Assembly (NCBI GenBank): GCA_043228905.1
Contig: JBHGNT010000003.1
Location: 2,108,001 to 2,172,000 of the forward strand
Direction: 5' to 3'
From: Azolla caroliniana
Lineage: Eukaryota; Plantae; Polypodiophyta
Length of the DNA stretch: 64,000 nucleotides
In this document: one piece after another, positions 48,736-58,903 of the stretch
Layout of the letters: every line of letters starts with the position of its first letter
Numbering within the stretch: position 1 is the stretch's first letter
Made by a program: the position numbers and the translations under genes
The notes under the pieces: model-generated
What the model saw: the letters and a program-made list of their open reading frames with translations, nothing else
What the model was told of the DNA's origin: nothing
Databases searched by the model: none

Positions 48736-49893
48736 ATGGCTACTGTTAGCGCCCAAGAATACCAATCCGTTTTCTCCGAGCTACAGTGCCTAAAAGAAAA
48801 GTTTGTTGCCTTGGAACAAGAAAACCAACGGCTGATAGGGGATCTGCAACAAATCGCTCTAGAAAAACAACAAACGCAACAACAACATGGGGAGTTAGCG
48901 TTACGGGTACAACAACTCGAAGCAGCGTTGCAACAACAAGGATCCAGTCCCCAAGGATTTCATAAAGAGCCCAAGATTGGACTTCCTGTGAAATTTGATG
49001 GAACGCGTTCGCAATTTCGGGGATTCCTTAATCAGGTACGCTTAGTCATCCAGATGCATCCTTCCCGATATCCCACTGATGCATCTCGAGTCGGCCTAAT
49101 AGGCACGCTACTTAGCGGCTCAGCCTTGGCATGGTTCGCTCCGCTTCTAGAAAAACAATCGCCCTTGCTTAATAACTTTGAAGATTTTATTGGTGAGTTT
49201 AAAGCCTGCTTTGGAGACACCGACAGCATCAGGACGGCGATCAACAAGATCCGGCGATTGCGTCAAGGCGATCGTCCAGCCTCTGCCTACGCGGCGGATT
49301 TCCGCCTACTTGCTTCAGATATACCCTGGGATGATCAAGCACTAATGGAGCAGTTTCGCTATGGCTTGCGAAACGATGTCAAAGATCTACTTCTAACTTT
49401 CCCCGAAGAACCAAAGTCTCTTACGGAGGCAATCAGTCGAGCAGTTCGATGTGACAACCGCCTTTTTGAACGGCGTTCAGAACGTCAATTACAGATACCA
49501 CGCTCTAGGCCAGAGCCCACCTACGCCGCAGTCGCGGCTAAACCGTTTGCACGAGACATACCTCAAGCAAATACTTCGACACCGATGGAGATCGATACCA
49601 TGCGTCGACGCGGCCCGTTATCGGAAGAAGAAAAGCAACGACGACGTGCCAATCGATTATGCCTTTATTGCGGTGGACCAGGACATATCGCCATCAATTG
49701 TCCCCATAGGCCAAGAAGACAGGTAAATCAAATTGTCGCCTGTACTAAACCTGAGTCAATTCTTCCCTTCGGAGTGTCTGATAGTAGTAATAGTACTAAT
49801 AGAGTGTCAGATAGTATTCATAGTACTAATAGCCCAAGTATCTCAAATAAATTTGAAATCCTTAGTCAATTAGATGAAGAGTTAAACGATTGA
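48736..49893 (+). CDS. gag: Gag (coiled coil, capsid, CCHC knuckle), 385 aa
   Basis: KFDGTRSQFRGF, LSGSALAWF, LRQG...YAADF, FRYGL, CLYCGGPGHIAINC. Confidence 0.95.
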   Translation: MATVSAQEYQSVFSELQCLKEKFVALEQENQRLIGDLQQIALEKQQTQQQHGELALRVQQLEAALQQQGSSPQGFHKEPKIGLPVKFDGTRSQFRGFLNQVRLVIQMHPSRYPTDASRVGLIGTLLSGSALAWFAPLLEKQSPLLNNFEDFIGEFKACFGDTDSIRTAINKIRRLRQGDRPASAYAADFRLLASDIPWDDQALMEQFRYGLRNDVKDLLLTFPEEPKSLTEAISRAVRCDNRLFERRSERQLQIPRSRPEPTYAAVAAKPFARDIPQANTSTPMEIDTMRRRGPLSEEEKQRRRANRLCLYCGGPGHIAINCPHRPRRQVNQIVACTKPESILPFGVSDSSNSTNRVSDSIHSTNSPSISNKFEILSQLDEELND

Positions 49894-52800
49894 GTCCAGC
49901 CAAAATAGGAGCCATTTGGTTGGACAGTAGCCCTAGATCTGTACAGCCCATTAGTGGTTCCATTCCTTCCAAGCAAGTTAGCAATGTGTTCCTAGCCCAA
50001 GTCATTGTTAGTACTAAAAGTACTCCCCCAGTACCCGTCCTAGCACTTTTAGATTCCGGAGCTAATTCCTGTTTCATGGATCGAAATTTTGCCCAAGCTT
50101 CTCAGATATCCTTAAGAAAACTTCCTTGTCCCGCATCTGTAGTGGTCATTGATGGTCGTCCCATTGCTTCCGGGAATATTGTAGAAGAATCAGAACCCAT
50201 TCAAGTTGTCCTAGGTAGTTTTGTGTGTATAATATCATTTAATATAATTAGTAGTCCAGAGCATCCCATTGTCCTAGGATTACCTTGGCTTGAGTTACAT
50301 AATCCAGCCATAGATTGGAGAACAAGAGAAGTCCGATATCGACCACCCCAAGAATCAACTCGCCGAGTTTCGACCATTTCACTCCATCAACTACGCGAAG
50401 AAGGACCCAAGGAGGCAATGTTCCTATTTTCCATATCAGTACATCCTTCCAGCACTATTAAGGACTCCTCAGTACAACTTCCGGCAAAATATCATCCTTA
50501 TGCCGATGTATTTGACAAGGTAAAAGCCGGTACCCTTCCTCATCACCGTCCCTATGACTGTCCCATCGATTTACAACCAGGAACCGAGCCACCATGGGGA
50601 CCAATTTACAACTTGTCACCCACCGAGTTAGAAGTCCTTCGAGCCTACATAGAGGAGAACTTGGCAAGCGGGTTCATCCGTCATTCGAAATCTCCGGCCG
50701 GTGCACCCATCTTCTTTGTCAAGAAGAAAGATGGCTCACTTCGTCTTGTCGTTGATTACCGCGGATTAAATAAAGTCACCATCCGGAATAGGTATGCACT
50801 TCCTCTTATATCAAGTCTTTTAGAGCGAGTTAATGGTGCCAAGTTATTTACTAAAATCGACCTACGCGGAGCGTATAATCTCGTGCGGATCCGACCGGGA
50901 GATGAGTGGAAGACCGCTTTTCGCACGCGGTATGGGCATTTTGAGTATACTGTTATGCCGTTTGGCCTAACCAATGCACCCGCAGTCTTCCAACACATGG
51001 CAAATGATATATTCAGAGACCTCTTGGATATTTGCTTGATCATTTATCTGGATGATCTGTTGATTTATTCGAAGACCCAGGAAGAGCACGACTCTCATGT
51101 ACTATTAGTACTAAAGCGACTCCGCGAGAATGGTCTTTATGCCAAGCTAGAAAAATGTAGCTTTGACTGCAAGCAAGTGGAATTTCTAGGCTACGTCATC
51201 TCCTCAAAGGGCATCGCCATGGATCCAGCTAAGATCCAAACTGTACTAGAGTGGCAAATTCCACGGTCGGTACGAGATGTGCAATGTTTTCTAGGTTTTG
51301 CTAACTTCTACCGTAAGTTTATACAGGATTACTCGAAGATTATTTTACCTCTCACACAACTTACGAAGAAGGGCCAAGCATTTCTTTGGTCCATTGAAGC
51401 AGATATGGCTTTTCGGCATCTTAAGAAAGCCTTTACATCAGCACCGATTCTAGCTCATGTGGATACAAGCAAACCATTCATCATGGAGGCCGACGCATCA
51501 GATTTCGCCCTCGGTAGCATCCTTTCTCAACAAGGTGATAAAGAAGAGTTGCATCCGGTGGCTTTCCATTCGCGCAAATTCGATGTCGCAGAAATCAACT
51601 ACGAAATACATGACAAGGAGTTATTAGCCATCGTGGATTCATTTGTACAATGGCGGCATTTCTTAGAGGGCTCTCCACATCAGATCATTGTCTTCAGCGA
51701 TCATAAAAATCTTGCTTATTTTCAGAACGCTCGCGTACTAAATCGACGGCAAGCTCGGTGGGCGCAATTCCTCACGCGTTTCGACTTCAAAATCACATAT
51801 CGACCGGGGAAGCAGCAAGGAAAAGCAGATGCACTATCACGACGTTCATATCTTGCACCTCGTCCTGGTGAAGCAACATTTGATAATCAAAAGCAAGTAA
51901 TCTTGGGACCAACACGATTGCACACGACGCGGATTTTTCATACCCCGATGGATTCACGGATTACCGATGACATACGTGCAACCTTGAAGACGGATAGTTT
52001 TGCTCAAGACATCCTGGCGCACATTGATACTTCTCGGGCATCCTGTTCTCAGTCTCAACAACCAGGTATTGACTACCGACAATTCGAATATCATGATGGT
52101 TTGTTATTCTTTAAAAAGCGCGTATATGTCCCCGATTGCTCCTGTCGCCTTCAAATTGTCCAACATTGTCACGACACCCATACGGCGGGACATTTCGGTA
52201 GTACTAAGACGTTGGAGCTAGTGCAGCGATCTTTTTGGTGGCCCCACATGCGCCGTTTTGTCGACGACTACGTTCGGACCTGTGATGCTTGCTGCCGAGC
52301 AAAGATGCCACGACACCATCCATATGGCTTGTTGGAACCTTTACCAATTCCAAGTAAGCCATGGCAGTCTATTTGTCTTGATTTTATCACAGATCTGCCG
52401 GTCTCGAAAGGGTTCGATGCTATCCTAACCGTCGTCGATCGATATACGAAGATGGCACATTTTGTGCCATGTACTAAAGCCATCACTAGCGAGGAAACCG
52501 CCGCTCTTGTTATGCGTGAGGTTTTTCGGCATCATGGCCTCCCAGACAGTATTATCAGTGACCGAGGCCCGCAATTTGTCTCCAAATTTTGGCAGCATCT
52601 CTTCAAGATGCTCAAGGTCTCCTGCAACCTCTCCTCCGGCTACCATCCTCAAACCGACGGACAGGCGGAACGAACAAACCAAACGCTGGAGCAATATCTC
52701 CGGTGTTTCCTGAGTTATCAACAGGACGATTGGGTCGAGATTCTCCACTTTGCGGAGTTTGCGTATAATAATGCTATTCACTCCTCGACTCGGGTCTCCC

Positions 52801-53459
52801 CATTTTTCGCTTATACCGGTTTCCATCCTCGCTGGTCGGTGATCGACACTCCGGAGCTACCTACCAACCCTCGTGCCGAGGATCATTTGGAGAGGCTACG
52901 CAAGATCCAGATGGATCTCTCTACTCACCTTCGTCATGCTCAACACACACAGAAGACTTATGCGGATCGTCATCGGATTCCCTCCTCTTTTGCCATCGGA
53001 GATCGAGTATGGCTCTTACGTCGTCACATCAAGACTACTCGACCGTGCGACAAGTTGGATTATCGACGACTCGGTCCTTTCCGTATTACGGGGAAGATTA
53101 ATGATGTCACCTTCCGCCTTGATCTCCCTCCGCAGCTTCAGATACATCCGGTTTTCCATTGTTCTCTTCTTGAACCTTATAAAGCAAACACCATTCCCGA
53201 TCGTGTGACACCACCGCCGCCCCCACTGGAGTTGGACGCCGGCCCGGAGTATGAAGTTGCTGCCATCCTCGATTCCAAACTTGTTCGCAACAAACTCTAT
53301 TACTTGGTCGATTGGCTCGGTTATAGTCCGAGCGAACGTACTTGGGAACCCGTCGAGAATGTTGCCAATGCACAAGATCTTCTTGCTGATTTCCACCGAA
53401 AGTATCCGGACAAACCCGGTCCGCAAGTAGCGCTGACTCGTTCCACTCGTCGTCTTTAA
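49878..53459 (+). CDS. pol: Pol (protease-RT-RNase H-integrase-chromodomain) in the -1 frame relative to gag
   Basis: LLDSGA, YLDD, EADAS, HDTHTAGHFG...CDAC, ISDRGPQF, GPF, YEVAAILD...YLVDWLGY...TWEP. Frame is open from 49878, with no ATG before the protease active site. Confidence 0.95.
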   Translation, partial: RVKRLSPAKIGAIWLDSSPRSVQPISGSIPSKQVSNVFLAQVIVSTKSTPPVPVLALLDSGANSCFMDRNFAQASQISLRKLPCPASVVVIDGRPIASGNIVEESEPIQVVLGSFVCIISFNIISSPEHPIVLGLPWLELHNPAIDWRTREVRYRPPQESTRRVSTISLHQLREEGPKEAMFLFSISVHPSSTIKDSSVQLPAKYHPYADVFDKVKAGTLPHHRPYDCPIDLQPGTEPPWGPIYNLSPTELEVLRAYIEENLASGFIRHSKSPAGAPIFFVKKKDGSLRLVVDYRGLNKVTIRNRYALPLISSLLERVNGAKLFTKIDLRGAYNLVRIRPGDEWKTAFRTRYGHFEYTVMPFGLTNAPAVFQHMANDIFRDLLDICLIIYLDDLLIYSKTQEEHDSHVLLVLKRLRENGLYAKLEKCSFDCKQVEFLGYVISSKGIAMDPAKIQTVLEWQIPRSVRDVQCFLGFANFYRKFIQDYSKIILPLTQLTKKGQAFLWSIEADMAFRHLKKAFTSAPILAHVDTSKPFIMEADASDFALGSILSQQGDKEELHPVAFHSRKFDVAEINYEIHDKELLAIVDSFVQWRHFLEGSPHQIIVFSDHKNLAYFQNARVLNRRQARWAQFLTRFDFKITYRPGKQQGKADALSRRSYLAPRPGEATFDNQKQVILGPTRLHTTRIFHTPMDSRITDDIRATLKTDSFAQDILAHIDTSRASCSQSQQPGIDYRQFEYHDGLLFFKKRVYVPDCSCRLQIVQHCHDTHTAGHFGSTKTLELVQRSFWWPHMRRFVDDYVRTCDACCRAKMPRHHPYGLLEPLPIPSKPWQSICLDFITDLPVSKGFDAILTVVDRYTKMAHFVPCTKAITSEETAALVMREVFRHHGLPDSIISDRGPQFVSKFWQHLFKMLKVSCNLSSGYHPQTDGQAERTNQTLEQYLRCFLSYQQDDWVEILHFAEFAYNNAIHSSTRVSPFFAYTGFHPRWSVIDTPELPTNPRAEDHLERLRKIQMDLSTHLRHAQHTQKTYADRHRIPSSFAIGDRVWLLRRHIKTTRPCDKLDYRRLGPFRITGKINDVTFRLDLPPQLQIHPVFHCSLLEPYKANTIPDRVTPPPPPLELDAGPEYEVAAILDSKLVRNKLYYLVDWLGYSPSERTWEPVENVANAQDLLADFHRKYPDKPGPQVALTRSTRRL

Positions 53460-54799
53460 GGGGGAGATAGTGTCATGAGATGGCAAGACTCGAGCCCATG
53501 ACCTTATGGTATATGGGTCGAGCTCTTAACCATCTCACCATCTATTGTAATTCATAGAATATTATTTTCATTTATGTTTTATTATAAGAAAGTAATGTAT
53601 ATTCCAGATTTCTCTGGAACATTCTAGAAGCTTCAGGATTATTCCTGAGAACACTATAAAAGAAGGCACTAAGCATTATGTTGAACCAAATTGGTTCAAC
53701 ACCAGTCTTAAGCCTCTTAGTCGATTTGTACTTATCTTTCATATAATATAAGAGCTGCTGTCATCATCCTATTTCCCTCTCTCTCTCTCTCTCCTCTTCT
53801 CACTTCCTCTCTCTCGGGAATCTTACGCAGTCCCGTCCTCTTAGTACTAATAGTACTACTCTTCTTAGTACTAATTCCATCTCTGTTTTAGTACTATTCC
53901 TGACAGCCATTGGACAACTTAGAATATCATCTCACCAACTTGAGATTGAGAATGGCCGTACTAGTGGAGTCCCTAGGGAGGAAAGGATATGTAGGTTATG
54001 TCACATAGAGATAGAGGATGAGTACCACTTTACATGCAAGTGTCCAACCTATGCCGAGATAAGGGCAAAATACCAAGACATACTTGGTTCGTCTCCCACC
54101 CTCCCCAAACTATTAGATACTCTAGATATAAAGAAATTAGGCAAATACATTCTAGAGCTAAAACAACACAGAGAGAATAAGTTACATAATGTTGACAATA
54201 ATGTTGCTAATGATCACGAACATGTAACAAATGAAGTTTTTCAGGAACATGAGGAGACAACGAATGCCGACACACTTGCACCACTCGGCCTTTCCATTGA
54301 TGAGGCAGAAAACTAGAGAAGAACCAGACGTCCTCGGGTGTCGGGTTTCAAAGCAACTCGACGTGCTGTGGAAACAATATTGAAAATAAGGGAACGTGAG
54401 CTACACCGCCTAGAAGCCATGGCTAGGGCACTCTCTACATTGGAACCCACATCAAGACCCTTTGACCCCCCACTTCTTTTCGAGAGGCTTGGGTGGAAAT
54501 AAAATTAGGCTTAGTGTATAGTCACTTTAGAGTATACTTCATATTGTACACTACTAGAACTCTTTTAGTTTAAGTTCTATTTTTACTTAATTTTATTTTA
54601 GTTATGATGACTGGATAAATACTCTTTTGTTGTAAACCAATTGTCTCATGGGCCAAATTTGGCCTTAGAAGACGTTAATATATCTTTCTTTCTTTCTTTC
54701 TTTCTCACGAGCCACTATGTAGTATACAAGCTCCCTCCTCTCTCTCCTATGTGTATCTTTCTTTCTTTCTTTCTTTCTCACGAGCCACTATGTAGTCTC

Positions 54800-55293
54800 T
54801 AGGGATCGGCAACGGTTAAGCCTAAACCGTTTTGGGGTTCTCAAACCTGAACTGAACCAAACCGAACTGATTCCTAAACCGGTTTGGGAAACCCCCTACC
54901 TTCGTCCCTCTTTCTCTCTCTCACACACACACACGATCCACTATGTAGTATACAAGCTCCCTCCCTCTCCTCATCTATGTAGTCTCTCTTTCGCTTGTGT
55001 AGTCTCCCTCCCTCTTCCTCTCTTTTATTTATTTATCGTAATTAGCTTACCCTAATAGTAAGTCATTTTACACTACTAGGCACTACACATCTTGGGTTCA
55101 AAACCCAATTTTCTCACCTCTCTATTACACTATATATATATCACTTATTTCACTAGATGCCATTGTGGAATGTAGGGGTTGAACCCATGACCACCTGGTC
55201 TCCATTGGGCAACCTTACCAATTGAGCTACATCCATCTGGGCTCCCTCTTCCTCTCTCTCTATTCCTCTCTCTCTCTCTCTCCTCGTCTGTGT

Positions 55294-55330
<37 letters not shown>

Positions 55331-55821
55331 TCTAGTTACTAATTTCTAACTTCCAAGTCTTTCTCTAACCTAACATTTTGTAAACAACATAAACGACTTA
55401 ATTGGTTTGATCCAGTTTGGCAAGGCTCAAGCCAAGCCGAACCGAGCTCAAACCGTTTAGTCAAGCTCAAACCTAAACCGAGCCGAGCTAAGCCATTTTA
55501 GTTTCTCTCTCTCATCTGTCTAGTCTCTCTCTCTCTCTCTCTCTCTCTCCTCGTCTATGTAGTCTCCCTCCATCCCTCCCTCCCTCCCTCTCTCAAGTTT
55601 CTAACTAATTTCTAACTTTGAAGTTTTTCTCTAACCTAACTAGTAAACCACATAAACGGCTTAACTGGTTTGGCAAGGCTCAATCCAAGCCGAACCGAGC
55701 TCAAACCGTTTAGTCAAGCTCAAGCCTAAACCGAGCTGAGCTGAGCCACTAAGCTGCTAAGCCGTTTTAAACCGTTTTAGCTAAATGGTTTAGGCTTGAG
55801 CCAAGCTATTGCCGATCCCTA
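54800..55821. mobile_element. Non-autonomous hAT-like DNA transposon (MITE), 1022 bp
   Basis: Perfect 13-bp TIR TAGGGATCGGCAA / TTGCCGATCCCTA; AAACCG subterminal repeats; internal duplication; immediate flanks do not form a TSD. Confidence 0.85.
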
Positions 55822-56061
55822 GCAACAAGTTGTTCAAAGCTGTGAGGGAACACTTGTGTTACAACCCATTGGCATTACTTGTATGTGGAGTTTCATGCCA
55901 AGTATTTCTCTCAACCATGGCTGTGGATTAAAGCCCTGGCTGCATTTCTACTGGTCATATTTTCATTATTGCAAATCATCTTTTCGATTATAGGTAATTA
56001 CCATAACCACTTGAGTACCCCTAGTGCAAAAATAAGGACGCTCAAAACAATCAACTTTTGA
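55822..56061 (+). pseudogene. DUF247 3' terminal fragment (probably the end of copy 8 or its duplicate)
   Basis: NKLFKAVREH...YVEFHAKYFSQPWLWIKALAAFLLVIFSLLQ. Confidence 0.8.
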
Positions 56062-56400
56062 GTTTTCTTTATCGATTTGGGACTCCATTTTATTTTCTTC
56101 CACAATTTATTTTGGCATTTTTTATGTTAATTTCATGATTTATAAACTAATCCAGCTTATAATTGTGGACGATGAAGCAATAGAAGTAAATCAAGTCTTA
56201 AAGGTATCATTGTAACCGAAAGTTTTTATGTGCTTATGAAAACATAGGGTAATCATGCTAGTTTTGATCCAAAGCTCCGATTTGATATTGCACTTAAGAT
56301 AAATCGTCTAGTGTTTGAACACTAGAATTGTTGATATCTAATACTTATTTGATGAGTGCACCTCCATAATCCATGCCGATGGAACTCCTTAGCAATGATA

Positions 56401-56620
56401 GACTAACATGATTCTCGGCTCCACACACAACCATTACAACATATTTGACTTGACATGTTTGACTAGTATGCTTGTGGGCTCTACACATAGCTCTCATGAC
56501 ATATTTAACTTGATACGATTGACTAATATGATTGTGGGCTCCACACACAACCCTCATGACATATTTGACTTGAGAGGATCGACTAATATTATTGGTAGCT
56601 CCATAGATAACTTTCAAAGA
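56401..56620. repeat. 60-bp tandem repeat, ~3.6 copies
   Basis: GACTA starts at 56401, 56461, 56521 and 56581. Confidence 0.9.
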
Positions 56621-57286
56621 CCACATGTCAGCATTTTTAACTTTGGCATTATCAACATTATAGCTCATTGCTGCACTTGCATGTGTAGGTATGTAACATG
56701 TTTTCAATGGACTCCTTTAAGTGTGTTAATTAGATTCCAAAAACTTTTTATTGACACCCCAAAAGTTTTTCTTTTCTATCAAATATGCTTAGTCAATCAC
56801 CCCTCCTTTTTCTCTTTCTCCCCTTCCTATTATTATATACGCTACTTGAAAGATGCTCAACTTTAGTCCCCTAGGTTACATGTCACATCTTGAGTACCTC
56901 CCTACCTACTTGACTATATATTTATCAGTACTTTTTATTATTGTGCTTGCAAATATGACATACTTGTGAGTGCAAGAGAATTGTCCAATGTAATTTAGCG
57001 AAATGGTAAAAAATGATGATCATTTCAAGAAATGCCCAAGATAAGTTAAGATACTTCAAGGCGTTTGTCTCTTTTTAATCATACACAAACATGGGGTACC
57101 CTACACTTCACATGCTAACGAAGAACAAATTTGAAGACTTCTTCAAACTCTTTAAGCCCCAATGAAGACCAAGAAATTGTTTATGAATGATCCAACATAC
57201 CTAAGAACTATCTACTCCCTAAAGCAAACTCCACTGAAGCAAGTATCAAGTTTATGTAACAACTACAACAAAAGAAGAAGAAGAAG

Positions 57287-58903
57287 ATGAAGAATAATGC
57301 CTTCCATGGGAAACAAATGGCACAATATTCACATTCATATCATCTCATCCCTACTATCCATAACTTCCCCATCGAGCAACTTCATCAACTCAATCGACAA
57401 CCAGAAGAATGGAAAGTCTACATGGAGAAAGAGATTGTTAAGGCTGCTCCTATGCATGATAATAGTATGGCTGCCAACATATCTACGTTCCGAAAAGCTA
57501 AATTGATCGGATTTGTCCCGCGTGCACTGTTCGAGGTGAAGCCACACTCATATTGCCCGCGGATCCTGACCATCGGTCCACTGTATCAAAACCTCGAGCC
57601 TTCCCCTATGGACAGATGCAAGGCCCTATGTGTGAACAAATTCATGGACAGACATCAGATATTAAATATGGAAGAGTTCATGAAAACGCTCATCCCTCAA
57701 GACCCCAAGGAACTCAGCAACATCTATTTCGGCCTCAGCCCGGCTTACAACTTTGAGTCCCTCAGACTTCTAGTCACTGTTGATACCATCTTCATTCACG
57801 AATTCTTTCTGTTCTTGAGCCAGGATTGCCCTCCCTCCCAAGAAAAGAAGAAGAGTGGATACATGTACACCTTCATCGATAATAGAATTACAATATCCCA
57901 AATATGGAGGGATTTGCTGCTGATAGGCAACCAGATTCCCATGTCATTTCTAAAGGAAATTATAAACATCCCAAACGAATCACCCGACTTCACAGAGACT
58001 GAACTCCTGAAATGCTTGGATTATTTTGTTTGGGTAAACGATCCATTCCTCCGCAGCAAGTTTCCAGTCGAGAGTAATGAAACAGAACAGAAGTGTAAGC
58101 AACAAAATGTGAATTTTCTCGCCTGCGAGCATCTACTCGATTGCTTATATGTTTCCTGCATACAAAAAGAATCAACTGAACATTCAAGGGAGGCGCAAAA
58201 CTCTACGAATCAAGGAGGATGCGTGCAACTCCCGAACTTCGTACCGGGTTGCAAAAAGATCAAGAATCTGGTGCTTGATTGCCTTCCGGCAACGACATCT
58301 GGACCCTCTAAATTCTGCACCTGGTTAAACCAGGGATGGCAAAAGAGGAAGAAGCACGGTGACCGCCTCCAGACGGCATCTGAGCTCAAGAAAGCAGGCA
58401 TCCGGTTCATGGCTTGTGAAGGTAACACATCAGTGATCAAGTACGACAAGAGAAAAAGTCAGCTTTATCTTCCACGGCTTGTCGTGTACGACGGCACAGA
58501 GGATAAGTTGAGGAACATTCTTGCACATGAACAAATTTCCAGAGAAGATGACAGAGGTATGGTTTATGGATATGCCATGATCATGGACTCACTCATTGAC
58601 ACACAAGAAGATATCGCCGTCTTGACTCGTGCCAAAGTCTTAGAGAATCACCTCGGGAGTGACGAGAGGTTGGTCCAGATGTGGAATGAGATGTGCATCA
58701 ACATCTCCGAGGGGTCGTATCCGAAAGAATTCGAAAGCATGATCAAAGAGATAATGGAACACTACAGGAACCATTGGCGCGTCTTGTATGTGGAGTTTTG
58801 CGCAAAGTTCTGTTCCCGACCATGGTTATGGATGTCGGCCATGGCTGCGGTGATACTTCTCACCCTTTCATTAGTGCAGACAGTGTTTACAATTTTAGGT
58901 TGA
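57287..58903 (+). CDS. DUF247 (UPF0481-like) protein copy 9, 538 aa, fully intact
   Basis: All family blocks and a full TM tail (PWLWMSAMAAVILLTLSLVQTVFTILG); closest to copy 2. Confidence 0.93.
   Translation: MKNNAFHGKQMAQYSHSYHLIPTIHNFPIEQLHQLNRQPEEWKVYMEKEIVKAAPMHDNSMAANISTFRKAKLIGFVPRALFEVKPHSYCPRILTIGPLYQNLEPSPMDRCKALCVNKFMDRHQILNMEEFMKTLIPQDPKELSNIYFGLSPAYNFESLRLLVTVDTIFIHEFFLFLSQDCPPSQEKKKSGYMYTFIDNRITISQIWRDLLLIGNQIPMSFLKEIINIPNESPDFTETELLKCLDYFVWVNDPFLRSKFPVESNETEQKCKQQNVNFLACEHLLDCLYVSCIQKESTEHSREAQNSTNQGGCVQLPNFVPGCKKIKNLVLDCLPATTSGPSKFCTWLNQGWQKRKKHGDRLQTASELKKAGIRFMACEGNTSVIKYDKRKSQLYLPRLVVYDGTEDKLRNILAHEQISREDDRGMVYGYAMIMDSLIDTQEDIAVLTRAKVLENHLGSDERLVQMWNEMCINISEGSYPKEFESMIKEIMEHYRNHWRVLYVEFCAKFCSRPWLWMSAMAAVILLTLSLVQTVFTILG

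Larger units (their letters stand above)
48232..53905 (+). mobile_element. Intact Ty3/gypsy chromovirus (Tcn1/sushi-like), 5674 bp
   Basis: 435-bp LTRs at 48232-48666 and 53471-53905 (TGTCA...TGACA); TSD GCCAT; PPT AAGGGGGAGATAG; uninterrupted gag and pol. Confidence 0.97.
48016..54705 (+). mobile_element. 3' part of an RTE-X-like non-LTR retrotransposon, split by the chromovirus (pieces 48016-48231 and 53906-54705)
   Basis: Rejoined frame: ...PKYLDVFLPHALRVAI|GQLRISSHQLEIENGR...REERICRLCHIEIEDEYHFTCKCPTYAEIR; (TTTC)n tail at ~54685-54704. Confidence 0.75.

Noticed and set aside
49890-49892. TTG initiation of pol or readthrough of the gag TGA
   Set aside because: Pol is in the -1 frame, so readthrough cannot reach it; a frameshift signal explains expression.
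56401-56620. CRISPR-like array or LRR gene
   Set aside because: Whole units are homologous with no unique spacers, the context is eukaryotic, and the LRR consensus Asn and Leu spacing is missing.
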